A stretch of 64,000 bases of DNA from Amphiscolops sp. MND2022 (Eukaryota), in NCBI GenBank assembly GCA_964187785.1, contig OZ076411.1:44268001-44332000 (forward strand), read 5' to 3'. Position numbers and translations under genes: made by a program. The notes beneath the pieces are model-generated. The model saw nothing but the letters and a program-made list of their open reading frames with translations, had not been told where the DNA came from and ran no database searches. Shown here one piece after another: positions 34,266 through 47,639 of the stretch. Position 1 is the first letter of the stretch. Each line of letters opens with the position of its first letter.

Positions 34266-37200
34266 TGTACGACGTCGTAAACTGCATGATAACAGATCGT
34301 GAAATGTACAAATATATTTTCAAAGTAACATTTTATTTCAGAGGATCAATGCATGAAAAAACTTTTTGACTCCCTTCCTACAAATAGACAGTAAAACCCA
34401 ACACCTAGTCAAATGACGACGTTGCGGAAAACCAGGCCATGATGGGATTGGAAGGAGACGTGTAAGGCTCGGGAACAAACTTGTTCAAATTGTTACAAAA
34501 AAACTTTCGCCAACCCCTGTAGGTCTAAGACAATGGGCTATGAGGAGCTGGGGTATAGCTTTCACACACCGACTTGCCAATTACGATAGCCATGACGGCT
34601 GACACTGGTTGTCAATCTGTCCTAGTTGGGATCAAAAATTATCTACAGGCTGGGTTTCTAACAATGGGACCTCATGCCCGTGAAAACAAAAATATCGGCG
34701 GTGAATCCTGACGTCATCCCATTTCTGGAGGCAGTCATCCTACGACTGTACGGAAAGCCTGGGCCTGGCGAAATACTACAGACTGCACAAGTATGCTATG
34801 TGCCCGACGTGTTTAAAGGTGCATACTTGATTGAGGAAGCTTGTACAGCACTGGGAATCATACCTAGCAACCTATCGCGCATCGGATCAGCCACTCAGCA
34901 ACGCATGTCACGTAGTTCAGCTGTAGCAAGCTCACCCGATGAGTAGTGCGGCTGCTCCTGCTTCATAGGCACCATATCGCCACCCTTACCAGCTGCTCTA
35001 CCATTCTCAGCAACAGACGCTATCCGACCTGTTCTCAAAGATGGATACTAGACCGACACTGAGACAGCATGTTCAACAACCACGAATCACGAATGCTAAA
35101 CACTCCCTCTGATGAAGGACCCGCTGTTGGATCTTGTCGACCGAAAGGCCAAGCCGACAGCAGTCCACAATCCATTCCAGTCGAAGTCGGGGTTCTGAAG
35201 GCTGTTCCAGAAGGCTGTCGGGATCTGAAGCCGCTGGTTACCTGGTGCTATCGAATGGTCACGGTACGGAAGAAAAACGGCAAGCCAAGATGCACAGTGG
35301 ACATCTATGTTCTAAGCAAACATGCTGTTCGTGAAACACACCACATCCAATCCCCGTTTCACTACGCAACGCTGGTGCCTTCAGGAACCAAGAAGACGAT
35401 CACTGATGCCTAGAACGCTTATCAGAGTGTGTCAATCCGTTAAATAGCCGCCACCTGACTACGTTCATCTTGCCACGGGGCCTGTCTCTATTCAAAACTT
35501 GTTTACTCACTACGTTGCGTCACAGGACGGGTACAACAGAAGATTCGACGGGATTGTCATTGACTCTCACAACAAGGCCAAACGCATCGATAACACATGC
35601 TTACGGGCAGACACTATCGAAGAACGCTTTTTTAAAACTGACTAGACATTTGCGGTCGACATGGAATTGTGCAGAATTCCAAAAAGTTTCGGTTTGGCTC
35701 CAACTCGGTGGAAGTTACTGGCTTCGTTATCAAGCCGCCTGATATCCAGCCAAATGACAAACATATCCGCGGAATCCGTGACTTTCCTGCGCCACAAAAT
35801 CCTACTGACATTCGATCTTTGTTCGGCCTCATCAATCAAGTGTCGTTACTGCAATTCCCTCCGCAAATACATGGCACCTTTTCGCGAGTATCTCAATCCG
35901 TCGGCAACATTCTATTGGGATGATCAGCTACAACAAATTGTTTTGCAAACGAAGGCTGCTGTACATGACAAAATTATCAGACGTGTCCGGATAGTCAATT
36001 CCAAACGTGTCACTTGCCTCGCCACAAGTTGGTTCAAAAAAGGTATCGGTTTTGGACTCTTGCATGCACCTTAAAGGTCATAATCCCTATTTGTTGCTCA
36101 AGGGGAAGGAAAAACAATTTCGCGGGTAGCAGGATCACACACCCAGCAGAAACCAGATTTGCTGTGGTTGAACGGGAAGCATTGATTCTGGTTTATGCAT
36201 GGACTCGCCCCACAATGTGTACTCGATTGCGACAATTTAGCTACTGATCACAAACCGCTTCTGGGGGTTCTCGACAACCGGCACTTCGGCGACATCAAGA
36301 AGAAAAGAAAAGAGTGCTGTCGTAAAGGTCACTCAAGAAGAAGACGCTGCCATACCTGCCTCTATCATCCATATACTTGGGCAAAAACAAAAAGCGCCGG
36401 ATGCAAACTGGAGCAATTCTACTGGTGATGCAAAATGCTTCCTCGGGATTGCGATCTTGAGGAATTGGTCTCCATCGCATGTATTGAACCGTGCCAATAC
36501 CTTCCTGAGGCTACCATGACGTAGGAACCCGATACATCAGCTGATCTGGAAGAAAACCATGCCGTTGCTGGGGCTACTAATTTCGACGACATTCGCGCTT
36601 TCACATGGGCAGATGTCTGAGAACCCACTCTGGGCAATAAAAATCTCCAAACCCTCCGAACAAAGGTTGAAGACTGTTCGCAAGGCATTTTCTCACGATT
36701 GGTTCTTGCCCGGGTGTACGAGTGTACTGCATTCTACTGATCAAAGTGTCTCCTGCATGCCTTCCAGGGCAAAGTTTAGTGTATTTCGCCGGGCATTACG
36801 CCGGCTATTGCAAACATGAGGTCCCGGTGCCAGTTATGCTACGGGCGTGCATCCAGTCAGACTCCGCTTGCGGCTCAGGAACCAATTACCCTTTGCAGTG
36901 CATCTGTGCGAAATACTTTAATTACAAGAGCTGCAATTACGTGGTGGGTGTGGACCGCTACTCTGGTTGGACGGTTGTGCAGCAATCACGAGATGGTTCT
37001 TCGTGTCTTGTAAAATGCCTTCGCGAACTTTTTCACATATAGGATTGCAGACAATCCATCTTCAGATGGCAGACCTGAATTTACCGCCGAGGAGACACCA
37101 AAACTGTTGTCAACTTGCGGTTTCCATCATCGCCTCTAGTCAGTTGTGCTTGCCCATTCAAACGGACGAGCTGAGCTCGGGGTCAAAACCTGCACGTGCA

Positions 37201-38226
37201 TGCTTATGGACAACACTGGCTCGAGCTGCGTGATCAATCTCGACAAATTTCAGAAAAGCATGCTTTAATACCAAAACACCCCCGACCGCGACACTTGTTT
37301 ATTCCTGACACAAATGAACGACCCATACAGGGCTTCAACTCCATTTTGCCCGGTTCGTACAGACCACACAACACCTGCATGCAAATATCGCAGGCCAGGG
37401 AAGAGGCGTAGCGTGCTAGAAACGTCAGAAACTCCTAACCGAACACACGATACGATTGCACTCTTAAAGTTGGCGATCAAGTTTTTATCCAGAACTAGAC
37501 ACTAAAACATTCACTACGTTGGGATCGAACCAGCTTGGTGATCGAGGTGAAACAGTTCGACCAGAACGCGGTCAGAGTGAACGGCTCGGGCAGAGTTATT
37601 CTCCGGAATAAAAATTTTCTATCTATGTTCGACAAGATGGTTGTGTATCGCATAGTTGGTGCTGCCCGCACCATGCAGTTTTAACAAACAACTAACAAGA
37701 ACGAAAATCATCCTCCAGCGAATCAACGAACTCGGTCAATTTCTGAGTGTTGCACAGTAAACACAATGCCCCTAGAATCACCGACGGTTACAATTAAAAC
37801 TCCACTCAAGTACAACTGCGCTCCAAATGAGTCCCCACAGATGAGAACGAACGAGCTCTTGCTGGACAGAGGCTTCATGTCCAACATCTTTTCTACTGGA
37901 TCACCCGACAAGGAGTCCAATTGCTGTGATAAATCTATTGAAACCTATTCACCTCACAAGGGGTCACCCCAAGCACAGATTCCCTTGGATAACCCACGGA
38001 CTCCCCCAGACGATCCCAGAGAGAAACGCGACCCCTTGCTAGATATAGGATTACATTCGATTCTGACTGTCATCCGCGACAAACTACGACCAGTTCGGAC
38101 TGGAGGAGCGAGCGAGATGTACAGTGTCGTAACCTCATTTTAACAGATAGTGAAATGTATAGATGTATAATTACAGTATCTTTTAGTTTCAGAGGATCAT
38201 TGTATGAAATAAATGTTTCAATGACA
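34266..38226 (+). mobile_element. Degenerate Ty3/Gypsy element (Mag-like inferred) with ~107-bp diverged LTRs; most of gag missing
   Basis: LTR-like direct repeats at 34266-34371 and 38118-38226 (TGTAC..AACAGAT.GTGAAATGTA..TTTCAGAGGATCA..); PPT GGAGGAGCGAGCGAGA before the 3' copy. Coding remnants: knuckle RCGKPGH; RT VTWCYRMV..KKNGKPRC.VD...RETHH..SPFH; RH REAL..ATDHKPLLGVL; IN VDRYSGW. No TSD found. Confidence 0.8.
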
Positions 38227-38255
38227 CTGTTTCTTCAAAGAGAGGTTTCTGCCGT

Positions 38256-38395
38256 TATAACGTAGTCAGCAGACATACCGCAAGTGCGTCAAATGCAGGA
38301 GTAAAGAGAAGCGGAGCGATATGCCATATCGCCATACTTCAAAGTGGTTACTTGGCAAAAAGAAGGATGCGACTGAGCCATACAACCAACAAGTA
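38256..38395 (+). repeat. Short structured repeat, cassette C, diverged copy
   Basis: TTATAACGTAGTCAG...AATGCAGGAG...GCGGAGCGA..TGCCATAT...ACTTGGC...GAGCCATAC; matches 43857-43996. Confidence 0.75.
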
Positions 38396-39259
38396 TGCTG
38401 AACGTTGAAAACCAATTTTCGTTTCTTGAAGATTTCGTTAGACATTACTTTTCTTTGGTACTTAAAAGGTTGTTCTCAGACATTGCTTGAGTTAGAATTG
38501 ACTTCGATTAATTATTTTGTGGTCATTTGGTTCAAAACAACTAAACTAAATGACTAGAAAAAAAATTGAGCTGAAAAACTTTATGGCAAGTGACTTGTAA
38601 CCGACCTGGCGAGCATTCTGACGTTACATATCAAAATACATGCAGCGCACACAGACTCATGAGTTATGGAATGAAAATCACCCGCACCGAAAGACGCTAC
38701 TGTGAATTTTTTCGGCAACTGTCATATGGTGAACAATGTCGAAATTTGGTTTGAGATTGGCAACGGAACCCGTTTCAAAGACAGACATAACTGCGACATG
38801 TGGAGGCACTTCTATAACCGGTTCGACGAAACAACTCTCATACAGCGTTAAGGGTGTGCTACTGTGGACAATGTAGGAAGATGACACAAAGATATTGAAA
38901 AGAAAATGAGAGAAATTTCATCCGCGATTGGTGAAATTCCAAAACAACAAAAACATTTCGAAGTGTGAGTAGCCTCTCCAGCCCAATAGATTCCCTGTAC
39001 CGGACTCAATAGGCACCTAGTTCCTTTTTAAGAGACAATATTTGTGACTATAGGTGTTCAAAGGTTAATGGCAATTTATCGAAGGCAATTTTTTTTGAAT
39101 CGAATAATCAGGTAATTTTGGATGACATCAACAATCGATTAATCGCTGATTGTTGGCGTAAAACAATTCAGAGAAAACAAACTCACAATTGCTTGAATAA
39201 CACCAAAGCAAAGAAATCGTCCTTTCAAGCATTGATAGCGTCCTGGACAGTGTTATTAT

Positions 39260-40390
39260 TATTTTAAAAAATGCAATTAGCGGTTTTTCCACAGTGGAAT
39301 TCTTCCTCAGAGATCAGTCAGACCTTTTTCCAAACTCATAAAATAGATCTCCTGGTATAATTCCTGGCGTTCTTTTTTGTAGAGGCACAAGGTGCGCGTC
39401 AGCTTATGTGTTTTTGGTAGCTTCGACTAAATACATCCCAGAGCCATACCAATATGCGATGTTTCAAGTCAGGAGAGCAAATGAAGTTGACAAAGGGTGG
39501 ACACAGGTTTGCTAATCTAGCAGTTCGAAAACTGAAATTCTGTTCACATTTTTCGTTATGTTGTCTTTCGCACCCAGACATATTAGAAGTTACCAACCGG
39601 GTTGATTAGTTTGAGAGTTTGTGAAAACGTTTCAGTTAGGTCGGCATCAGGGCTTCGGAGAAGGTAATCAAACCTGCTAAGTGAAAGTAGTATGGCAAAA
39701 GGAGAATCTTGAAGTTCAACAATGTTTTTCGATAATCAAGATTAGGACAGATCCAGCGAAAAAGTCTTTTTTGTACTTATTGTAGCATTCCCATGCATAC
39801 AACATTCGGATCTCTTCAAGGATGTGCGTAGGTTAAAATTGGAATTACCATATTTTTGTTTAGGTTTGAGTTTTTGTCAAGCAGAAATGTTTGGAGAAAT
39901 GCGTATAAGCATAACTAAAACTTTCATTGCTTTGGTTATTGTCTTTTCGAGATGTGGTTGCCACGTCAAACTGCTGCTAATATTATGTGCAAGGTCTTTA
40001 TGTGACCCATTTTTCGAAACTTTTTCATTGAAGCATAATTGGGGAGATGTTCACAGAAAGATCTCATTCAACTGATTTTGGAAACGATGAATGTCACTAG
40101 TAAAATTCCGGAGATTTGCATCATCTGCATTCAATAATGATTAACTGGATATGCCAACTTTTGGCAGATTTTTAATGAAGACCAAAAACGAGGGAGCAGA
40201 GCAGCTGGAATAGCTTCTTGAGCTACCCCACTACTTGCAAGAAAGTATTGCAACAGCGTTTCATTAATTTTCGCCCTCCGATGTCAAATCCGCAAGTATG
40301 ATTGAACAAGGATCAGAAGCTTGCCTCGAATTCCAAAGATTTGAAGCTTTCGTTGGAAAATATCGTGATGCATTCTACTGAGTATTGATC
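39260..40390 (-). mobile_element. Degenerate LINE RT and C-terminal fragment
   Basis: Minus-strand remnants: KLQIFGIRGKLLILVQSYL, SSGVAQ, LLNADDANL, and C-terminal RLANLCPPFV..LKHRILVWLWDVF. Confidence 0.65.
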
Positions 40391-40391
40391 A

Positions 40392-42640
40392 TTACTGAGT
40401 TGGGCGATCGAGATCGCGGCAGACGAAGGCTTCGATCCATCCAGATTCCGCATCAATTATTATGAGAATATTGTTAACTTGTTGTATATGGGCCCAGTCC
40501 ATGATGTGTAGTCGTTCCCACGCAGCAACTTTGGGCCTTTTTCCGATGAATTTCCCAACACGAGGTCGAATTTCGTTGCATTTGGTGCAGACATTCACGT
40601 AGTTCTCAATATCGCAGCTCATTCTGGGCCACCGAGATGTTATCTTCATCATTATTTTCCTTTCAAATGTACCTGCATCGGTTTCATGAGCTCTTTCCAA
40701 AACGTTTCGCCGTAGGTAAAAATCGCCTTGTACACTAGGTCATTCTCGACAGTTAAAAAATATGCCAGTTTCTTGAAAAGCATTTCTTGTTGGGAACATT
40801 CTGACCATTTGCCGCTACTGATGCCCTTTATTACTGTCTGATTCAGAGAGTACGTTAAATATTTGATTTCGAGGTTTTTATTTTCTTCATTAATATTGCT
40901 TTGCAGATTACAATTTTGATTTCATTGTAATTATTCGTGGCTTCAAGCTCTTCGCGTTCGTTGGTTTGAAGATGGAGACGGCTCATGGCATATGCAGGTG
41001 GAATTTTACGCCTTTCCTGATAAACATTGTAGTCCAAAGCCATCAAAGAGATAGCCCACCTGCAATTCCACGCGAAGGCGGACTTGAGAATCTCTTGCCC
41101 GAAAGAAAATTAACTCTCCAGCGGTTTATGGTCAGTGATTAGTTAGACATTTCGTACCATCAAGAATTGTCATATACGACCGATGACATTTACTATGGGC
41201 AATGCTTCTCTTCCAATACTACAATAACGCTCAATATTACAATGACTCAGCTGCCGACCTTCTCCTTGACACGTAGATCACCGGATGACCTTCTTGTGAC
41301 AATACTCCGCTGATGCCATTTTCTAATGCATTAGTTGTCACAGTTTTTTTCTTTTTCGGGCAATGATGTTGGACCAAGGTTTTTGATGATTTTTTTTCAG
41401 TGAATCGAAACCATTTTGACAATTGGTTGTCCATTTGAAAATTGTATCAGTTTTTTGTAATTCAAAGATAGGCCTCATTTTAGTTGTAAAATTTGGGAAG
41501 AACCTCCCAATGAAATTAAGTGATCCACAAGAACGTTCCACTTCTCTGACGTTGGATGGTAACATTTTCAATATTTTTTGACATTTTGATCATATGGATG
41601 TATGCCCATTGCCGAAGAGGTGTTTCCCGGAAAAGATATTTGTTTGGCAATTGTACGAGACTTTATTTCGTTCACAATAAAATTTATGTCTTTTAATCGA
41701 TCCCTCAGTGATTGAAATCGCAACCTGCATTGACTGTCATTACTTACCAAAACCAGGACGTCATCTTGAAAGATAATACCTCCTGTCATTTTTTTCAAGG
41801 TCTCCTCAGTTCTCTCTTCGAAGATGGCTGAACTGTTTTTCATACATTGTTGGAGCCGCATCACTGGGTACAGTCCCTGCATTGTATTACTGGTAGCTTA
41901 TTCTGGCCTTCGTCATCTAATTCGATTTGATAATATAATGACAAGTCGTTCTTCGCAAACAATTTGGCACCATTCAATTTGTGGAATAGTATTTCCGTGC
42001 CAAGCAATGGGTAAGCCTCTATCAATTTTGTCAATGACATGGATTTTAAATTCAGCGCATAGTTGAACAGTTGCGTCCTGTTTTCTTTCAATCTACAGGA
42101 GGAGAGGAGTTTATCGGTCCACCAGGGTCGACTGGTTCTAGGATTTCCTGAGCTTCCAGTTTGGCTAATTCTTTTTTGACTTGATCCTTCAAGGCTAATG
42201 GGACTTTCCGAGCACGGAAAAAAATTAGGTTTGGCATCTGGTTTCAGGTTCATTGTCGCAGGATGACCATTCATGTCTGGTAAAACTGCAGTGAGGTTCG
42301 AATCTTCTAATCGGTTTATTTGGTTGATTTGTGTAATGTCTCGTCCAAATAACTAGAAACGTTTCTCGGATTCGATTTGTGTGTGTTTGCGTCCTTTCTA
42401 TATTATGTCACAGTCCAATAACCCCTCGTGTCTCAATGAGTGGTCATCATATGCTTCAATGAAGTGCGTATGTGACGTCAGGCTGGTTGAGCACAATTTT
42501 TCCTACCTTTCTGTCAACAATATTGTGCATTTCAAGACTATGTCCATCAATTTCAATTTCCTCCCATCAGGAGCAGGTTGAACAGTTTTTATTTCTTCAA
42601 AATGTTCCGTAGAAAACATTTCTTCAATCCTTGTTTTGAT
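40392..42640 (-). mobile_element. Degenerate Ty3/Gypsy pol fragment (RT-RH-IN)
   Basis: KLNGAKLFAKNDLS..YYQIELD, IIFQDDVLV, GISGVLSQEGHPVIYVSR, WPRMSCDIENYVNVC.KC, WERLHIMDWA..IIIDAESGWIEA. No LTRs recognised. Confidence 0.8.
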
Positions 42641-43609
42641 AACCTGTTAATCAGCCAAGTCAGAAGCGTGGATCACGTTGTTTTTTCGTTCTTTCTTTCT
42701 TTCTTTCTATCAGCCACGAATACCATGTGTTCAAAAGTTTAGAGAGCTGTTTACTTACTTCAATGCTTCAAGGCCACACCGGCTGACAAAAAAATCCGTG
42801 ACTTGGTAATATTTCCCTCGTCCACTTGTCGGATCGGCTTTTTAATCCTGCTTCTTTTCAACTCTCGCCGTTGCTTTGGAAGAAGTTTCTCGGAGACTCA
42901 ACAGGTTGCGCTTCATTTTACAATCCAGTCACATGTCGTCCTGAGAACTTGATTTCTGCAGAGACCTCGACTTGACCAAAAAGATTTATCTGTATTTTTT
43001 TTTGGCATCGATACAACTTTAAATTTTCTCTAGACAGACTTCAAGTCAGTTTTAGCTCCAGGAAACCGAATCCAACTGAGAGCAAAACTGATGAACTTTA
43101 ATATTACTCAACCAACTCTTTCCATCTTGTTACTTTGGTGTGTTTTTTCGGGTCCAACTTGGTCGAATGGTTTTTCCTTTTTCGCGTTGACAATGTTTTG
43201 TTCTCGTGTATTGTAGTGAACCCGCTGGACTTCAGATGATAGAAGGTGTTTTTTTCGTTGACAGTACACAATCGCAGCAGTTCTTGGCTTCAAGGTTCCG
43301 CTTATCTCAAAGAACTGCTTCACAGTCGAACTCTTGAAGTTGTTCGGAAATACCAGCCCTAACTATGTCGTGTCAAGGCGCTTTTCGTTCTTGAGCACAC
43401 CTTGGTTGATGATGTCCTATATTAGTTTGAGTTTATTGTTCGAGAAATAATCGAACGACAAACCCCTGATTGCGGATGCTTGTTTCTTGACTACATGTCT
43501 TTGGGAATATTTTAAGTCGTTGACGGCATATCCAAACTAGAGGCACCCAGGAAAATTATCATTGCTTAGTCTGGACCCCAATTTGTCGTATCAAAGTTTC
43601 AATTTAAGG

Positions 43610-44090
43610 GTAGTTAGTAAGTTTGTGGAAAACAAGTTCGTAGAAGTGAGTTTGTAAGAAAATGATAGTAAGTTCGTAGACTTTTTTTTCTCCAAGACTG
43701 TCATCCTTTTTTTGACAATTTTTGACTTTCAGAGCATGATTGTAGATGATTTTAATGTTGATTGGGTCGTTTCCCAAATGACACGAATGTAACAAATTGA
43801 AATAGGAAACATTTAAATTTGTTGACCGTGTGGCGCACAGCGGCGAATTATTTACGATAACGTAGTCAGCTATGCTCACATACCCCTAGTGCCCTAAATG
43901 CAGGAGCGAAGCGGAGCGACGTGCCATATGGTCATGCCTCAATGATGCTACTTGGCGAAGGGAGAGAAGCGAGCGAGCCATACATCGAATATACTATTCC
44001 CAAGTTTGTAGAATTGTAGGTCAAGTTCGTAGAATTTCAGGATAAGTTTGTAGAATCGTATAGTAAGTTTGTAGAAAAAAATTCCACAAA
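43610..44090. repeat. Element with AAGTT(T/C)GTAGAA subrepeat blocks flanking cassette C
   Basis: 12-bp degenerate units at ~43615-43680 and ~44000-44080, with cassette C at 43857-43996 between them. Confidence 0.5.
43857..43996 (+). repeat. Cassette C copy
   Basis: ATAACGTAGTCAG.TATG..CACATACCCCTAGTGCCCT.AATGCAGGAGCGAAGCGGAGCGACGTGCCATATG...; near-identical to the reverse copies at 56104 and 57880. Confidence 0.85.
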
Positions 44091-44091
44091 G

Positions 44092-46860
44092 GTAGGTAGG
44101 TAAGTAATATGGATTTTTCCATCACGGCCTGTGATTTCCTCCCCTTCAATATTCGTCGCAGTTGTTCGGATTCTCCAGGAGTAGACCAAGAGTCGTTGAT
44201 TTAGCCTTGAGGGTGTATGAAATTGACTGATTTCGGAAGTCTGTTTATGACAGCAACAGTCCTGTAGAAGAAACTGTCTCAGCCTATTTTCATTTTGGGT
44301 TTCTTCTCAAAAAGTCACTCGATCTAAGCAATCGATCAGAGTCCCTCAATTGAATACAACCTTTAAAGTTGTTATCATAATGACCGTTCAAACATTTTGA
44401 CTTTGTCAGTAGACCCCGGATTTGGCAGTAAAATGTAAGAGGGAGAATTTTGCTTTTTCCGAATAATCTAGATAACTTTAGTCTCCATTGATCCATCTCA
44501 AAATTTCTTTTAGGATTTTTTCAAGAGTTTTGCAACATTGAATATTCGGGTACCATACGTTACTGCCGTAGATCAAAATGGGCACTATCATGGCTTTGTA
44601 ATTTTTTAGCTTAGCTGTAGGAGATAACATTGATGAACTTCTCTTGACCATCCAGAGGATTTTCCTTGCTTTAGTAACTGCTTTTTTATGTGTTCGTACT
44701 ATTTCAGATCGTCAGACAAAGCAACACCAAAATCATTCTGTAGCAATTTCTTTTTAATTGGTTGACCTGAAAAGTACAGGAGATTATCTTGTGGTGGGAT
44801 TGACATGTGTGAACACTGGTCAAAGTTTATGGGTAACTTTTTCTATTTTTTAATGTGTAGCATATTTAAATTTATGTAGCAATTTTTTTTATTTTTATCT
44901 TGGTTGACCTGAAAGTATAGCAGATTATCTTGTAGTGGGATTGACATGTGTGAACACTTGTCAAGGATTATGGGTAACTCCATTTCTTATTTCGGGAAAG
45001 AAAGTTATTATTGCTTGTTACGTTGTCTAAAATAGTGGCCGGACTGGACGTCTGAATAGTGACGGTTGACTCTGACCGTTGACGATTGGTTAGATATGAT
45101 TTCAGGAGATTAGGCAGTTTGCCTCGAACATCATATTCGTGGAACTTTTGCAACTGTAGGCAGTGATCAACATGGTCGAAGGCTTTATCGTAGTCTGTAC
45201 ATAACATACTGACTTGTTCACCTTTCTCCAGTGATACTTGTCTGTGATTTTCGACATCGTATTTCGCAGTCTTTTTTGAAAGTTAGAGACACTGTTGATG
45301 CATTCCAAATATTTGGGAATACACCTGTTTCTTTTGTTTTGTAGAACATTTGAGATAAGGATTTGCTCAATGTTTGGGCACACTTTTTGAACTAAATTGG
45401 TTGGATTCCGTCAGGCACACTGGCTTTTGTAATATCAAGACCTTCTGAGATACACTGAATCCTGTTGATAGATGTGTCAACTTCTTCTAAAATTGAGACA
45501 ACTGAAACCTTTGAGGTGTGTATGAAGTCACTAGATTCGATGACAATTGATGCAAAGAGTTTTGAAAAAAGTTTCGCTTGCGAAAGTTGGTCAGTTGCAA
45601 TTTCGTTCTTGACATGAACTGAGGTTCGGATTTGAGTGGTTAAAATGTTCGATCGTACTTGAATAGAGACCCGGTTTTGCGGGATGCAGAAAAAATCGCT
45701 TCAAAGTCAGAGTTGTCTTCTTCCAGCATTTCTTCATATACCGTTTGAAGTTATTCGATTTTAGGTTTCTTGGTAAAGCTTTGCAGTTTCTACTTTCTTT
45801 ATAAAACTGGATGTGGCAGTTTGACCCAGGAGACAAACTGCTACGATGTGCGGCACGTTTTGGGACAGTTCTTTGTAGAATATCTTTCAACCAGTCGTAC
45901 CACAGCTCAAGAAGTACTTCAACATTGCTCCAACAAATACCGTTGAATGGTTTTTCTGCTATTAAGTTGTTCATCATATTAATGTTCATTTCTACTTGAG
46001 TGTTGTATAGTTTTAAATTACAAATTTTCAGGCTCTCTCTAGAGTAACTTATTTCGTTGATCAGTTTCCATCTCTTGGATAGGCGTTTCCTTTCGAGTTC
46101 TTGTTCACCTTTAATGAGCAATTTTCCAACATAAATTTCACAATTGTTTGCTTTATTGTAATCATTCATAGTGTATGCTCTGGACAAGAGTTTTCGTACT
46201 GTCCACGGGCTTGTAAGACTCAACACAAGTGGCCGGGGTCTTTGATCTTTTTTACCTGATTTCCGCTTTCCCAGTCTACGAACATCTGAGACACGAGAAC
46301 GGTCTTCGCAAAAGTGATTCAAAACATTTTCAACTTCAATTTTATCATGTTCCATCGTTTGAAGAGGGCCGACTTTTTCAGTTTTTTCTTTTGAATGATA
46401 TTCATTGATTCCTGTACTTTCAGTTTTTATGAGATATTTGTTGTCTAGGATAGTGAGTTTTGTTATTGTTAGCATGAGAGTTAACATGGGGGTGATTTGA
46501 GATTAGTGGAATTGTCTTATCTTTAAGTTCGTTGATGCTTGCTTTGATTTCCTCGCTGTATTTTTCAATCTCCAGTTTGTCGACTTTCTGGTTCTGATTC
46601 AGTACACGCACGGCAAAACCAGATACAACTATCTGCTTCTATGATTGTCATGGCGCCTTCGGGTAGTTTTGAGCAGCTATGATGAACCAAACTGTCACAT
46701 TTGTTGCATTTGATAGAGTCATCAGTTTCTTTAACTACATTCAAAAACGGACACGAGAGGGAAGATTTCCTGATGGTTTTCCCTCGTCGAGCCATTATCG
46801 TTGATGTCATACTGTGATATGAAACTATTTAATAGGTTTCTAAATAGTTTATCTAATAAG
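44092..46860 (-). mobile_element. CR1/L2-like LINE with PHD-finger ORF1; APE and RT domains 4-6 deleted; (TACC)n tail
   Basis: PHD: CNKCDSLVHHSC...IWFCRAC. ORF1: VRRLG..RPRPLVL..WTVRKLL. RT remnants: DGIQP, TDYDKAFDHVDH, SYLTNRQ. C-terminus: MIVPILIYGSNVW. 3' tail TTACTTACCTACCTACC. Confidence 0.85.
44741..44980. repeat. Tandem duplication, unit about 140 bp
   Basis: TTGGTTGACCTGAAA..AGATTATCTTGT.GTGGGATTGACATGTGTGAACACT.GTCAA..TTATGGGTAACT occurs at ~44759 and ~44900. Confidence 0.8.
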
Positions 46861-47639
46861 TTTCATAGTTTCAACCAACTTGCTTCCTACTAACTAACTT
46901 ACTATTATCGAAATGGAAGTCGATAACATTTAGAGCACTGGAATGCAAATTAAAATAAACAAGAATGCAAACTAAATTGAAGATTATAACACGCGATGTT
47001 AGAATTTAAACGAGACGATGCGACAAGCTACAACCAGAGCTCTGTCCATCTAAGCCATCGACCAATCAGTTGAAAGATATTGTCACATTTTTGAGGTCCT
47101 TTTTTGCGTACATCTAATGTGAAGTATTGAAGTTTTTTGTGGTTTCCTTGTCGTTGACGTCGGCTGTTTTACAATATTGATTAAGACAGTATCGGTCCTT
47201 TTGTTGAAGTTTGAATTTATTAGGAACTTGCGGGTGACTTGGGCTGACTTGGGCTGAAAAAATTTTCACAACCAGGTGAGATAATTCCATTTATATTTCA
47301 TTTTAACAATTTAAGGTTTTGTTTCATATACCGATCGCTTCAAAGTGGTGGTTGCTTTTCTGGGGAGATTGGCACGGCCCAAATGTAGAATTCCTGCAAT
47401 TGGTTAGGTCTCGAGGTTGAGTTTTGATGAAAAACAACGACACCAGCAACGCTCTGAAGTGTCCAAAGCCCTCAGTGTTGATAGACTGGGTAAATTGCAG
47501 GCTTTGCAACTAATGACTTCATATAAAATGTGCCAATTTATCATGATAAGAGGTTCGGAGCGTAGCAGAATTTAAATGTTATAGGTGCTCTTCGGTGATC
47601 ACTATCCCTCCTTGTCACGATTAGAACTTTATACCAGAT

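Noticed and set aside
35105-35150. CTGATGA...GAAA as a hammerhead ribozyme
   Set aside because: No closing G-C pair or stem II, and it lies in Gypsy coding sequence.
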